This document shows, piece by piece, positions 41,001-54,625 of a DNA stretch of 64,000 nt. A model generated the notes under the pieces. The model made no database searches and had not been told where the DNA came from. It was given only the letters and a program-made list of their open reading frames with translations. Numbering within the stretch: the stretch's first letter is position 1; the number at the start of each line of letters is the position of its first letter. The stretch is from positions 62,001 through 126,000 of the forward strand of contig JYFJ02000239.1 in the NCBI GenBank assembly GCA_000934665.2, written 5' to 3'. This DNA comes from Catajapyx aquilonaris (taxonomy: Eukaryota). The position numbers were made by a program, and so were the translations under genes.

Positions 41001-41926
41001 GCTATTCAGAGATATATTGCTGGCGACATATAACTTACATGAAAATGATGGATATATGAGTGCCATAAGCATGGTATTGCACTTATGTCGAGCCGCAATT
41101 CCTACTGTAACTTCTTTTGTGACACTATGTAGAACAGCAAAGAGCCAAGCGAACTTCAGAGGCATATTTTTACATGTAATATTGAGTGTTTGAAATTCTC
41201 TTGCAAATAAACGGCGACATTAGCCTAGAAAAATACGGTAAAACGGCGAAAGTTTGTACAACTTTTCCACGTGAAATGGGAATTGTTTAATATTCTGCAA
41301 GCGAGCCTGTAATTTTTGAGTGTATTTAGTACCCCAGCCATATATGTTTTTCCGCAGTGCAATATTCTGCCCTGGCATGATTGTAATCCCACATGGGAAC
41401 AGCCCGCATAATCAACGCTCTATATTATCCCTAGCAATTGGTCAATAAAACAGTATCGCATGTGCCATTACATAGTTTGATCTACCCTCATCTCATACCT
41501 AATCTCAATCCATGACACGCATGCAGCTTCTCCGTCATGGGAATAGTATAGCCAAAAGTGGGATGCAAATCAGATCCAGAAGTTTGGATCGGACTTGTTA
41601 AAATGAGTGGTAGCAGGTGGTTATATGGATCGTCCATCATGTAAGGCCTAAGCAATGCAGAAAAAGTTCAAGGCCTCTTTTTGCTTGAGCCGACCTCCCT
41701 CAGAATCAGATTTGCAAAGTTTCGCGTAAGACATTTTTTTTCTTCTTTTCTTTCTCCAGCAATCGATGGGTGAAAACCGCAGCAGAAAGCCACTCACCTG
41801 CAGCAGATCCTGGTGAATAAAGGTTTGTCTGTCAGCTCCCAGTGATGGGATGCTGCCGTATCCTCCTCTTCCGACTTGATCCGGTCCATTTAGCTCGTAT
41901 CTCTCGCCCTTTTCGACCTTCGCCAT
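20068..41926 (-). CDS. ANO7: Anoctamin/TMEM16 Ca2+-activated channel or scramblase, ANO7-like, 17-exon core model, about 1064 aa
   Basis: Exons in transcript order: 41926-41798, 35834-35580, 34653-34546, 34406-34270, 34187-34019, 27712-27544, 26954-26697, 25811-25591, 24733-24538, 24477-24311, 23709-23581, 22770-22680, 22580-22375, 22301-22077, 21963-21832, 20745-20382, 20306-20068. All GT-AG and in frame (3195 nt). Hallmarks: [112 protein letters not shown]. The acidic Ca2+-site residues of TM6, TM7 and TM8 are present. The family is secure; the ANO7 subfamily and the two terminal exons are less so. Confidence 0.92.
20773..21182. mobile_element. Nested inverted-repeat elements (inner 20885-21060 within outer 20773-21182)
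   Basis: Outer arms 20773-20790 and 21165-21182 match at 16/18. Inner arms of about 47 bp share gtacag, ttaaaccaaagaa, tgacgtcac and cagcc in inverted orientation. Confidence 0.6.
32343..32466. mobile_element. Small degenerate MITE in an anoctamin intron
   Basis: Ends tagggt..gcactggccaagtc and gacttggccactgcccaccctgta are imperfect inverted repeats with a perfect tggccaagtc core. Confidence 0.45.
36121..36420 (-). promoter_or_regulatory. Candidate internal promoter or alternative first exon of the anoctamin gene
   Basis: CpG-rich patch (gcgcccggaacgccggaaat, CTCF-like ccaggaggtggcgccc near 36355) followed by donor CAG|gtaaac at 36121, about 290 nt upstream of the 35834 acceptor. No in-frame ATG found. 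Confidence 0.25.
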
Positions 41927-44900
41927 TTTCGTCTCCTGTTGGGTGAATAAAAAGAAGATTCACGATAGATATTGCGGTACTTCAACCCTGTGCACAAGTC
42001 AGTATCAGGACATATCACCAAGAAGCTGGCTCGGATTGCTCAGTAAATCAGTTCAAATCAAGTGGTTCAAATGCAGAGTGTTTCCATCATTGCAACGTCG
42101 CCAACGTAGCAGGTTTTGTCAGAGGCCCATTCTAGTAATTTGCATGCATAATGCGCTGCCATATGACTACTCATCTGTGCATCAAGAGTATAAGAATGAG
42201 AACCGTCATACCCAACCAAATTGCGGGTGAGATCATAATTACACTGAAGGCTCTGAAAACGCAACCGGCTTACTGTAATGTTTGTAATAACTGTGTAACC
42301 TTAGACTGTATATTGTTTAAACGGTATTAAAATTATGTTGTCTTTGCGCTAAACTTATGTGGGCGCGTGTAGGCACAACGAAAATTAGGCCTCTTTGATG
42401 AGTAGGTCAGATACTGGACACGAAGGATAATTAGGCATATAATTGAGTCCTACCACAGTTATTCAGAGTATATAGTCCGCGGTCAACCACGCAATATTGT
42501 ACCATGACCTCCAAGCGTTACTGCAACAGCCAAATTGCTCAGTGCTCTCTATTTAAAAACCGAAGGGCGTGTGGGTAGCAAAAAACTACGCTGAACACAC
42601 CTCAAATGCAATTGTATTAACGACCACTCGCCAATACACAGTAACTGGCACAAACATGTATAGGCCTGCAGTAAATGAGCAGCAACCTCGTACAAGCAAC
42701 GAGGCAATGCACTGCACTGTACATGGGCAAATAAATATAGCATAAATTATTCATGCATTACAGCTATTTGTTTTCGTTAATTTTGTGGAAAAATTCTTCA
42801 ACACTTATGGACCATTTTTACTCATCAGGATTACCAACTGTAGAATCATTCCTGTGCTATAATCCAATAATAAGTGAATCAAAATTTCTCGCAATCCTAA
42901 AGGAATAACTGTCAAAACTGGCATGTTATTCACATCTCCTCGCCTTAAAACTTCTCGCACAAGACTGGATATTCCATTTTTCAATTTTAGTTCCATCTTC
43001 TTCTCTCTCCCTCAAGCGACAGTCCCTGTTGTGGCCCTAAAGACCATAATTACACAAGCACTGGTAAAATCTGAGGCGGAATGACAAAAACAGAAATTGT
43101 CATTTTCCATTTTTAGGAACCAGAAGACCTTAATGCGACATTTTCCCTTCAGCAAGCTGGGCATTTCGGCCACGTACTTTTCATATTTTGCACATTTGCC
43201 ATAATTTTAACCGCCCCTAGAGTTTCCGGCGCTGATGATAAAAGCGGAGTATAGAATCTGCAGATTAAAGTGCTTGCGACCATATTTCACCGGCACAAAC
43301 AACTCTGGCTATAACTTCAGAAAGAATGCTCGAATAAAAGAAGTATTTTCATATAGGTTTGGTGTATCCTCGGCCCCCTTTTTTTCCTTGAGGAGCTCTA
43401 GTTTTTCAAGGTTTTCTGGTCCGAAAACTCAATTTTCCTAACACTGCGGCCTTCTTTGACAACATTTCCGCTTGAGTAAAATCACACGTAAAACCACTTT
43501 TTTTTCTTCCCAGAGATGTCTCAGGAGAGTGTTTCTCACGAAGGAAAAAAAAGGTAGCAAGATTTCGATTCCATTCGTACGTCTTCGTTTGAGAAAAGGT
43601 GTTACATATAGCCGATCGAAATAAGCAGGGATTGCCTTTCAGAACTTACTTATTTCTGCATTGCCGGTTCTGAATTACACTTCTTAGGATGGTAAAAAAA
43701 GAGAGAGAAGGGCATATTTTCCACGTTCCTTCCTGGAACCCGTGAAAGGTTCTACTGTATTAAAACTGATGCATAAAAAGATATCCCACGAGAGGGCCAG
43801 GCACCCCATCACATTACTGTTAAAAATTGATCGGTTCATTAAATATTCATGTCTATTGGGCTTATATGCTACCAAGGGAGATCTGAAAGTTGCCAGGCTC
43901 TTGACGCAAACAGAGCCAACTTCTTTGAAATACATACACGATTTAAGTTAAACTTTTTTCATAACTCATGACAAGATCTCCACATCTGGCTTATGTCTCC
44001 TGATATCTGGTAAACAGCTGTATATCTTCTTGCATAATAATAAACGAGTTTTTGTCCGGAGTACCTAACACACTTCCATACTCTGAGACAGCTGAAACTT
44101 TGCACACTGATGCCAAACCTGCCCGTGATGGAGGGAAAAGTCAGAAAAATGCACTTGTTTGAGTCTATATATACAAAAAAATTTAGTATTTTGGTGTATG
44201 TGGGGAGAAAGGGGGTGGGGTTGTCCTGGATAGTTCCGATATACGCCACGTATGGTGGTAGCGCTTCCGACTATGCATCATAGATGGCATTGCTGAAATG
44301 GCGCGCTATGATCGAAAAATACCAAAAACTGACCCAATTTCAGGACCATGTGTGAAACAATTTCCAAGGGTGCACAACAGTGTATAAGTTGTCGTGGTCT
44401 GACAAATTCCTGTGTGAAGAACGGGTGCCCCGCTAGTATAGTATGAGCTCACTTATTACTCGAACGAGTACTGTGGATGCATGTACACCATAATGACGCT
44501 GAAACTAAACAAGGGATAATTGAATTTAACGCCTCTGTTCTCCCTCATCTACACAGAAAAGCTTCGTGTTCGAGCATCAGTTGCAACCCCCCCCCCCCCC
44601 CCTTTTTTTTTTTGAAATGTACAGGGAGTTGTTCTAATTGATTACGTGGAACAGGAAGCCATCGCCGGTGCACTGTATACACTGAGCGGACCTCATTACC
44701 AGGTTGCACGAGAAAATCCGACAAACAAGTCGGGAGGGATCAGAAGAGGTGTCGGAAATGGAGATGCTGTACAAGTGTACAGTTCCATTGAAACAATTGT
44801 CACTTCCAGCACGTAGCTCCGTTACGGCTACTGTACGAATCACTCACGATTCCTTTCACGTTTTGTGCATTATATAGATCTACAGAATTCAAGTCGTTAA

Positions 44901-47900
44901 CGAAAATTTACACTCAATCGAATTAGTTATTTACGTATGTTCGTTTATTCTACATACAGCTTAAGTTCGCTGCACACATGGGAGTGGGAAAGCGATTGAG
45001 TGCCTCCTACATAAATGAAGATCTGCTGCAGAGCCAGCCAATCATTCCTCGTAAACCCAATGTTAATCAATCATGCCCTGTTTAATATTTCACGGACTTA
45101 CTATCAGTCGACATTTACGTTGAACTGTGCACGAATTCACAGCAAATCTATCGCAATTTCAGTATAAATTGGACAACAATTCAGTGCTTAACGTGAGGCC
45201 CCAGCTTTGTCAAAAGACGGCCAATCCCAGCTTCCTGCAAAGTGCACTGGGATGTAGACCAATTGGCATAAGAATTACACATATTTACTCTCTTTATTGG
45301 CTGTAACCGGTGGTCAAACCGCCCTTGCCCAATGCCAGCCCCAGATGTGCTTTTCCAGAAAACCCGTTTTATAAGGAAAAAAAGCTGGGCTGGTTCTATT
45401 CGTTAAATGGTTCCTTCAGTTAATGGCCGAATAAAATCCTCATTCCCTTGCTCAAACCCAAGTCTTCCAAGGTAAACACTTCCCTAGTTCTCCTCAGGCC
45501 CTTAAAGGCACGTATGCAAAAGTATGCAAAGACCCAAAAAGTAATCAAGAAAAATACCCCCCCCCCCCTTTTTTTTTGAAAAGCTCAGAAAAAATGGAGG
45601 CAAGAAAATGTGGTCATTTAGATCCCAGCTCACAAGCTCTGGTGATAAAGTCTTAAAACTTTTGCGACTTCCGAGTCCCGGAAATATTACTTTTGTCCAG
45701 CGGAAATTTTAGCGTCGTTTCTCAAGACATATCGTGGTTCACGGCTGGCTGGCCTTGTGATGAACGTGATGCAGATTTTTTTTTTCCATCCGAGAGTAGA
45801 ATGCACAATTATTGGCCACATTCAAACCATCAGAAATGTGCCAAAATTCATGTCATAAAATTAAAATGAGAACTGACCTTGTTCAGACTTGATGATTGGT
45901 TTCCCTCCAGAGTCGATCTGAGAAGTAGAATAAGTGCAAGGTTAATTTTCGATACACAGAACATATCGGATATTTTGTGTCGATCCGGAAACTTCGGTTC
46001 ATCTATAGCTTTTCATCCGTCAAAAAAATGGTACTAAATCATTCCGAACGATGTGCTTCACAGTGGGTATACCATTTCGGTCCTTCCCACAAGGTACGGC
46101 TCAGAAAAAAAAATCGACCTTCACATTTCGAGTGCTTAAATTCCCACAATTGAGCCCCTGGTGGGATTGCAGATAACATTTTTCACTCCTGGCGCTATAC
46201 GAAAATAGACCGCAGGATTCGCGAATTGAAATTTTTTTTAAAGGAAATTCTCGATTCGTCTGTGGGCGCCATATTGGATTAGCTACATTGCGACAAAGAA
46301 CTCCGGTAATGGAAACAAATCGTGGTTCTAATCCTTCCAAATATTTGCCCAATCCTGCTGAAATCCGGGGGCCATTGTTCACGGTGCGAGGACAATCCAA
46401 CCATTTTTTTGGGTGGTCCCCATCGCAGAACTGGAAATCCTCTTGCCGAGTGCACTCTAGGGACTCTTAAATCACAATGAAAGCAAAAGCTTCAAACAGC
46501 TGCAAATCTTGAACACAGACACACGTACTATTTACCCAGAACTCATGGTCGAGACGTGCCCGAAATCTGGCGACTAAAACTGGACGGATTAAATTCCGGG
46601 TGTCGAAGAGACGTGCGACCAGATATGAAGTGTGTAATGATGTGCGCGACACTTGCAGCAAAGTGTCGGGGTGGTGCAAAAGATGAATGTTGTAATACGC
46701 AATTTCTGTACTGCATATTAACGACTGCCACTCTAACTTCGTTGAGGCGGTTAACCTTCATCAAGTGTTGTCTATTATCCAGCTGTCTTTTAACAGTCTC
46801 AAGGATGACATGTCCTCTTGTGACACTAGCGGTTCACGAACCTGGTTTTATCACTTTTAAAAATTATTTATTATCATAATAAAAATTTGTCTTAGTACCG
46901 ACACATTTTTTGAAACATTTGCAAACTAGCTACCGGTACCTAATTAAATTGTAATATTACATAGCACATCTTGTGTGGTCACCCCGTAAATCCTCTCTTA
47001 GAATATTGCAAAAAGTCGCGGTCGTTCCCACGGTAACCAGCAGCTGCGAAATTAGCACAAACATCCTGCAGGGAGACTTTTGCACAAAAAGAGAAGCAAA
47101 AAAAGAAAAAAAGCAGTGGCCAGTGGCCAGGGTAGGTTAATTGCAGCATCCAGAGCTATATATCCTCATTTCTGTTCCATTCCACGGCCCTCTTTCTTGC
47201 GGACAACAACTGCACAACAACTTGTCCAAAAAACCGGAGTCGTGTTACGAACAGGAGCTCGTAATGCGAGGAGATATGTAACAACATTAGGAGATTCATC
47301 ATGAGACTAGAGAGAGTGTATATGGAACTGAGAGGGAGAAATTAAAGGCACGTGATCCGCAAACCAACTTTGAGCACACAAATTGAGTTGATATTACCAG
47401 GCAAAGTTTCGTTTTGATTGGAAACTACTAATGAATTTGATAAGCCTTGATTAGTTTACATCTCGCTTGTTATTAGGGGCACGGGAGCAAAACAATTTAA
47501 ATTTTTTGTGAAGGGGATATAATTAACTGGGTTTTTCAGTCTTTTGGGAATAATTCAGTTTCTAATAAACTTTTCTACGCTTTTCTAGTTATGCAGATGA
47601 TGATTCAAATGGAGCTTAGCAGGCCTGTGAGTTCGGGGCAACTGTGTGGCACCTGCGGAAATGGTATTCTACCACAGAATTAGTAGACCATACAGTTAAT
47701 GTCTATCATTATTATATTTTACATGGAAACTGTTTTAATGCATTGTAATGCCTCTATAATTATAATTACCTCGCTGTAGGAAATTAGGTTTATAATTTCA
47801 GCATCATTTTTATTTATCCGGCGTATATACGAGTATACTTCCCCTGCAGGTCTTATACGTCACTAGACAGTAATATTATTCCTTCAGGGAATAAATGTTA

Positions 47901-50900
47901 CTCAAATGAAAATAGGAAATCATACTCAATTTAATGTACGTGCTACAGTGGAACATATTCTTCCGGCAAAAAGAAAGGAGATATTTGCCTACACCAAAAG
48001 TGCTCTAAATTAATAATTGCTCGGAATATCTGCTTATACATTTTTTATTACATCCACCAGTGGCAGAGTCGTAGTAAATGGCGATACAAAGTACTAAGGC
48101 AGATACTGTTAAAAAGAGAAAAGTAACATCCAGGTTGATATATGCGCAGCATATTATGTAAGTTACAGAGCATCATGATGTACGTTACAGTACGTTATTT
48201 AAGTTACAGAACTTCATGTAAATTACAGTATACATCATAAAAGGTGCATTAAATCATGTGCTACAGTGAACCTCCAAATAAATGATGTCTAAAGTACGGT
48301 ACTTGATGCGACTTTCATAACAGCATAACTCGCAAGAATGACTGCGCAGCACTAAATAACATTTAAAAATTTCAGTCCTTTTTTCGGTTTAAACCCCGAA
48401 TTATTCACGCCCCTTTAGACACAAAGTGTGGCACCACCCACCCAATGACGTCACAACAGAGCTATTTCGCAACAATCTGCTCCCTAAATAATGAACCGCC
48501 GCAGTACACACTTCTCTGACGAGATTAAAATGCAGCTATGCTGCATAATGCACATAAAACCAGGCAGGTACGTACGCTATACCAACACAGTCATCCCCCT
48601 TTTACGACACCAGTCTCTGAAAACCCAAAGTCTCTGAACACATGCAACGCTTCCATCCAATGTTTTAGTGATATCTTTAGCCTCCTCCGGCAGTACGCAG
48701 CTGTGTGCATAGGGGACCCCGTGTTATATCAAGATGAAAATTGTCCCACGAGACGGCTTTGAAACGACTGTCTTCCTGTGCACGTGACCACCTCACGCCA
48801 CAGTTTGCCTTTAAGGTGTATTATAACAGCGGCACGAAACATAACATCTACCAGGTAGCGGATTTATTGGCACTAAGCATCTGCCAAGTTCACAATGTTA
48901 TATTGCTGCATTGCACCTCTACACAATTTTATGCAATTACTACTTGCCAATAAAGTTGCAGTACTCTTACTGTCAGTAATCTAGAAGTGGGTTAGGTGGA
49001 CCGGACATGCCACAAAATTGTAGCTAAAAATAATATGACACGACTACAACTCCCAAGTTACGTGTGCATATCCATAGACGGATGTGATATTAAATTAAAT
49101 CCGCGTTCGTGGCATGAGCAGGGATTTTGGGAGCCCGGTTTTAATAACGCAAATCTGGTTGGGGTTGCCTGAAACGTGTGTTCGTGCAGAAAATGAAAGT
49201 CCGGGTTGCAGTTGAAGCCTTCACGTGCTTTTTTTTTTTTCCAAAGGGTTCCACCGCTTTTCCCTATCGCATTTGCGCTCCGTTACCTAATTTTCTCGCC
49301 CACATCATTTACGACATAATTCAGGTCCTATGAGTTTGGTCGCAAAAAAAAGAGGACCGAATATGAAATTAGCGGTAGCCAACGTTATATGGAGTGCTCC
49401 AGCTGGCACCATACGCACTAGTGCCCTTTGCCAATATTAAATTTCTATGCACACCCCTTCTGATGTCGAGAAGGATGGTGGAAAGTGCTGATATTGAGAT
49501 AACCTGCTCTTTCATAAGTACCGCACTATATTATCAACGCCGAAGCTGCCAATCTGCAACAGCCTTTCATCCTCCTAAGTTCACTTAGCACTGAAATAAT
49601 TTGCGGAAAAATTTTAAAAGCAGAATTTTTTTGCAGTATTGCTTATGCTGGAACATATGCCTATTTTTTGACAATTCCGTATGCGTCTGGAGGATGAAAG
49701 GACCAAATAGACATGTGCATAGAACACACCTTCAAAGAGGATAATCCTGAGGGCAATCATGTGAGCAGCAGTGAAAAGCGGATTTTTGACTCTTTGCTGT
49801 CGGTTTTGTGGGCCTTTTTTTGTGCGGGAGGTGCGGGCTGGAGGCCCAAATGAGTGGATTATACCATAATTTATCAGGGGTGTTTCATATTGGTATATGT
49901 ATACATGCCGACATGGAAAGTTGGGTGTGCACCACCTGGTCAAGTCATACAGGATCAATACACCTGCATGTAGTTGATCGTAATCAACAACGGAAAGCAC
50001 ACAGACACAATGTGTTCTTTAAATATATTGCACCCTGAAGTGTGATAAAACAGTCCTAAAGTAAAATACAAAAATCAATATGTCAAAAATGATTAAATGA
50101 ACAACCCGTGTTTCAACCTGGGGCATAAATTTATTTCGAAAAACCTTTCCCCACCCTACACTAGAAAATGTTTGACAATTTTTAATGTGTGTGTGCTCTA
50201 TGGGGATACGGTGTGGGAGTGTAATGAGCCTCATCCTGAGCACGCGAAAGGGCGTCCGCTATAGTCACGCGACCACTACATAAGTGATCAATATCAAAGT
50301 GTCATAGCACAAATTATAAATTGTTCTTTATGTAATGATTTTCAAGTGTGAACTTTCCTCCCATTTCCACTTCTTAAAAGTGTTAGGCTAAGATGAAGAA
50401 TTCTGACACTTTTTTTGCAAATTTGCACAAAATAGCTTACAAACATAATAAATAAATATTGACAGTCTCGTCCAAACGTGTACACTGTACACAGTAGTAA
50501 GTTACAGATGTAGTGTGCTTTGTATACACCTATTTCCAGACATCTCCTTAAGGTTGAATTTCCATGCCTTACTCTAAGGTTTACTCTAAGAAATCAGTTT
50601 CTGGAAGGCAACTCCAGTTGTGAAGGACCATCTATTTTGCAAGAGGGGTGGAAACATTTCAGCCAATGGAAGGGACTTTGTCTCTTTTTCTTCCTAAATG
50701 AGAATTGCGAACGTCGGTAGATATTGAGGATTGTTGCATTGCGGCAACCCCCTCCGAAACCCATCCATCAACCGAGTCTGGCAATTTCCTGAGAGCAGGT
50801 GAAAGGAGGAATGTCGCTCGATCCGGGAGACACTCACTCCAAATTATTAAAGCGGACTATAGCTCGGATTGTAAAAGCCCGGACATCGGCAATTTTCAGA

Positions 50901-51919
50901 GGGGGTTCATATTTTGATCCTATGAATAGCCCAGGATGAAATTAGCGCCCCCGCAAAAATGCGGAATGGCAAAAAGATGTACGCAGCGTGAAAGTAATTT
51001 TTAAACGGACCATTTTCCAACTGTTAGAACGTAATGAGCTCATCTGCACGGACCACCAGCTTCCACCTGGTCCAAACCCCCAGCATGCCTCATCTAACAA
51101 AAAAAAAACCTGGGCGAAATAAAAGGGGAGCAATTTGCATGCTAACTTTTAGCGGAGAACTGTGGGCGATGTTAATGGAGGTGGCAAGGCTGCAGCATCT
51201 CAATGGCCATCTTTTGCAGGCGTTATTTAACAGGAGATATGCTTCAACAATAGGGAAGCGATTTAACGAGCCGATTTAGCAGGTGTGGTACAATTTCAGG
51301 GTACTTTGCACGTTATCTGTTCCTTATTGCAAGATATAAATGTTTCCTTATTAGGTCGGTTTTCAGGTTTTTGCTATGAAAAATGCAGCTTTATTTCCCT
51401 AAGGGCATGTTTGCTGCAGACAAATATTGATATCTAAACCAATATATTTTTTTCATATAACTATGAAAGAAATGGAAATCAATGTGGAATTTGATTGCTT
51501 CAGTCAATCTCTGCTTTTGACAAAGTTATTATTTGCAATATGACTGTGAACGTGCGTCAAACCGATCTGCATATTTGCACAGTGCCATAATATGTAATAT
51601 TCTTTACATGCTATTGATTTTACCAACAACAAATCTATGGATAAACCGTACTTTGTGATCATCTGGTTCTATTAGAGGCTAGATATCCTCAACAAATCAA
51701 GGTTGAAACACATACGTCCCACAGTATATTGCATGGCCCATTATCCTTCATCCGAGTCAGCATTCTCTAACTGACGTAATAATCACTTCTGAACACGCAT
51801 CCAGTCCAATATCGCAAAAGCGTGTACACGTTACGGCTCCAACGTCCTGTATCGATTACACTTCGGACCTATACTTTCAACATATATGCATGTGCAACCT
51901 ACTTCCATTATAGGCCTAC

Positions 51920-52214
51920 CAGACACATCAAGGTTCAATTTCTACAGTAGCATATCTCCAGGATCCCTTTTGTTCCAGAGCGTCTGCATCGGCCAGATAG
52001 ATTTGGGTTCTCTCTCCCGGACATAAAAGGAGCCGATCGATAGGTCATTACCGATTCGGTATCAACTGAACCTCCCGATGGAGAGGGAAGGTCCACAAGG
52101 CTCATTGTGATGAATCTCCTGCAGCAGCATCCGACCGAAGATGGCCAAGTTCCATAGGGAATTTTAAGACCTGCCATACACGACCCTCAATTGCCCCAAA
52201 AGTTTCGTAACAAC
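51920..52214 (-). other. Candidate upstream exon of the anoctamin gene with two alternative donors (exon ends at 52052 or 51920)
   Basis: Acceptor ttgctctcag| before 52214, ATG at 52177. Donors TCG|gtaatg (52052) and CTG|gtaggc (51920) are both phase 0. They match the acceptor ttcacccaacag|GAG ACG AAA ATG at 41935, which shows that the 41.9 kb exon is internal. Confidence 0.45.
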
Positions 52215-53810
52215 CTGAGAGCAATCCTTACCAATAATATATGATTACCAAGCGCAATTTATTACTTAAGATGATTTGTAGTGTTACGTGAATGACAATG
52301 TTACGTCCATGCCATCCATTTTTCGGTCGTTTGCGCCCGACGTTTGCGGCAGATTGAAACACCGGTCCATACTGGTCATCTCGCGGATAATATTGCCCTG
52401 TTTTGGCCTCTAATTGACGTATATGATGGCTTTTCAATGGTTGACAAAGCCTGATGCTGGGACCAATCAATCGCAAACCCTGCAAGCCTCCTCATTAGCC
52501 CCGTTGAAAACTGAGCTCTCTAGCACTTTTGCTGGGTACTATCGACTGGCCTTCACCCGACAGATGTAACTGCTACGGACTATAGGACACGTCGTATGGC
52601 GTGCTTTACATGCATATATATCCGCAGATGCTCTCACGTTCAATATTAGACACAAAAAAATCTAATTTTTTTTGACCATTACGTGCCCTGCTGATCTCCT
52701 AGGTTGGGTCTAGTTTTAAACCCACGATACATCCTCTAAACCGAGTGGTATCGCTCCGGACCAATTGTAAAATCACATCCGCAGTTGGACCCATTCCAGA
52801 ACAAAAATGGGCTATCAGACAATGCCAAGCGCGGTAAATTTCCTACTGGCGCGATAGCGGACGCATAACCAATTAATATCGGTTTGTTCGGCACGTCCAA
52901 ACTTTAAGCGGGGCAGAGGAGCAAGGACAATGCTGTGCTGGAGGAAACTTTTGTTGGACCCAGCCCAACTGGGACGTGCGGGACAAAAATGCATGACACC
53001 TTGCAACAATATGGTTCACACGATTGTCTTTGTTGTAGGTTGTTGAGCACTAAACATCGACACAAACGACACCTGTGTGAACCTACCCTTTCCACGGGGA
53101 CAGTTTCGTGTGCAAAATAGGACATTTTGAGTTTGGTCGTAACTTTTTGTCCCTTCTATCACTTGACGGATATCGACGTTGCATTGTCGATAATAGAGGC
53201 CATAATGGTGGCATTTCTAACACGAGCAGGGTGAGCTTCTTCTGACCCAAACATGCCACTCTTGAATATTCTTGATTCTGGACATGTTCACGTGTTTCAC
53301 TCGCTTTAGAACAAAGTGTGCACTTGATGGGATTGAGTACTTATGTATGTCGATATGATCAGAAAAGCCAGGCGTTTCATTGCGAAGAAGGCCCGCTGCT
53401 TCATAAGTTCGGATAAGCCGCACGATAACGCCCCACAGTATTACATTACATTTGCATAATTAATAGGACATTACAACCGAACCATGCAAAAGCACGTTCA
53501 CACTTAGGATGGAACCAACAAATAAATTAATAAAAATAAGCAACAACAGTACAGTATAAGACGTATGACCTCGGCTTTTCAACTGTAGTTCACCGTTGTG
53601 TTACGCACACACGCTCGCTTTTTAACCCCCCCCCCCNCCCCCGGTGTAATTACCTACTCGCACATGCACCTACTTGCAGCAGGTAAACTCCGGCCAGGTC
53701 AATACTTCAATGAAGACCCGGCCGTCTCGCAACAATCAATATGCTCAAGTACTCTGCATATTCTTCCAAAAATTATCAATCAACCACTCGAGACACATCC
53801 AAAAACTCAC

Positions 53811-54100
53811 CTAAATTACAGTCCGTGACATGCTGACGTGTGACATGACAGCAACCCCCGACTCATCCTGGACGTCAATCCCAGCCGGCTTCCCATGGCC
53901 CCCTGAAAATTCACCCAAAAAAAACTGGTTGTAACTCCAGGGGTATTGTCCGGTTTCGGAATGAAGGCAGGTATGATACAACATGCCCATTCCCCTCGTC
54001 TACAACTACACGTCTGCCCTACAATTCCCGCCTCTGAATAGTGCCAACCACGGCGCTAGTGACGACGCTGGGGGAAAGGTGGGGGGNNNNNAAGGGGAGA
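53811..54100 (-). promoter_or_regulatory. Candidate first non-coding exon and promoter of the anoctamin gene
   Basis: Strong donor TAG|gtgagt at 53811/53810, next to a GC/CpG-richer patch with G/C runs (partly Ns) and flanked by very AT-rich DNA from about 54200. The start site is not resolved. Confidence 0.3.
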
Positions 54101-54382
54101 AAGTAGAGAAGAAATAATAACTGCGCCTGTACGCGCCTTGTGTCAGTTATATTTATATCACATTGATTAGGCCTGGTTATGTAGTCGCCTACTGATTTTA
54201 TTTAAAATGTTTTTTTAATGGCCCATATTACTATTATTATTAATAATATTGCCATATGTGAATAATTTTATGACTTATCGATAATGATGCAATTTATTGG
54301 TAATGACATATTATTGATAATCATCAAATACCTATTATGTACCTATTAATTATCATTTATAACTATGATTGTTGTTTTTATA

Positions 54383-54625
54383 CAGGGTGTTCCCAGTTCG
54401 TGGGTCGTTTATAGTTATCACTAATATTACCCAACGTAGTCATTTTGGTGTAGATTGATGTGCCCCGATCCAGGTGCCACATTACTCCCAGGTGATCGAA
54501 AATAGTAGTTTCTATAGAATATAGAATAGGGCACTTGATCATGGACGCAACCAGCTACGTCGAGCGAAATTTCACATAACTTTTGATATAACTAAAAGTA
54601 GGTATACTAAACTTGTAACATCCTG
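54383..54625. mobile_element. Tc1/mariner-type non-autonomous element (MITE)
   Basis: TA|cagggtgttcccagtt ... aacttgtaacatcctg|TA: terminal inverted repeats match at 13/16 with TA on both flanks; no ORF. Confidence 0.6.

Noticed and set aside
51935..51937. In-frame TGA as possible selenocysteine or readthrough codon
   Set aside because: The context is TGA-A, I could not identify a SECIS element, and an upstream donor at 52052 bypasses it.
53637..54091. N bases within C and G runs
   Set aside because: Assembly ambiguity at homopolymers, not biology.
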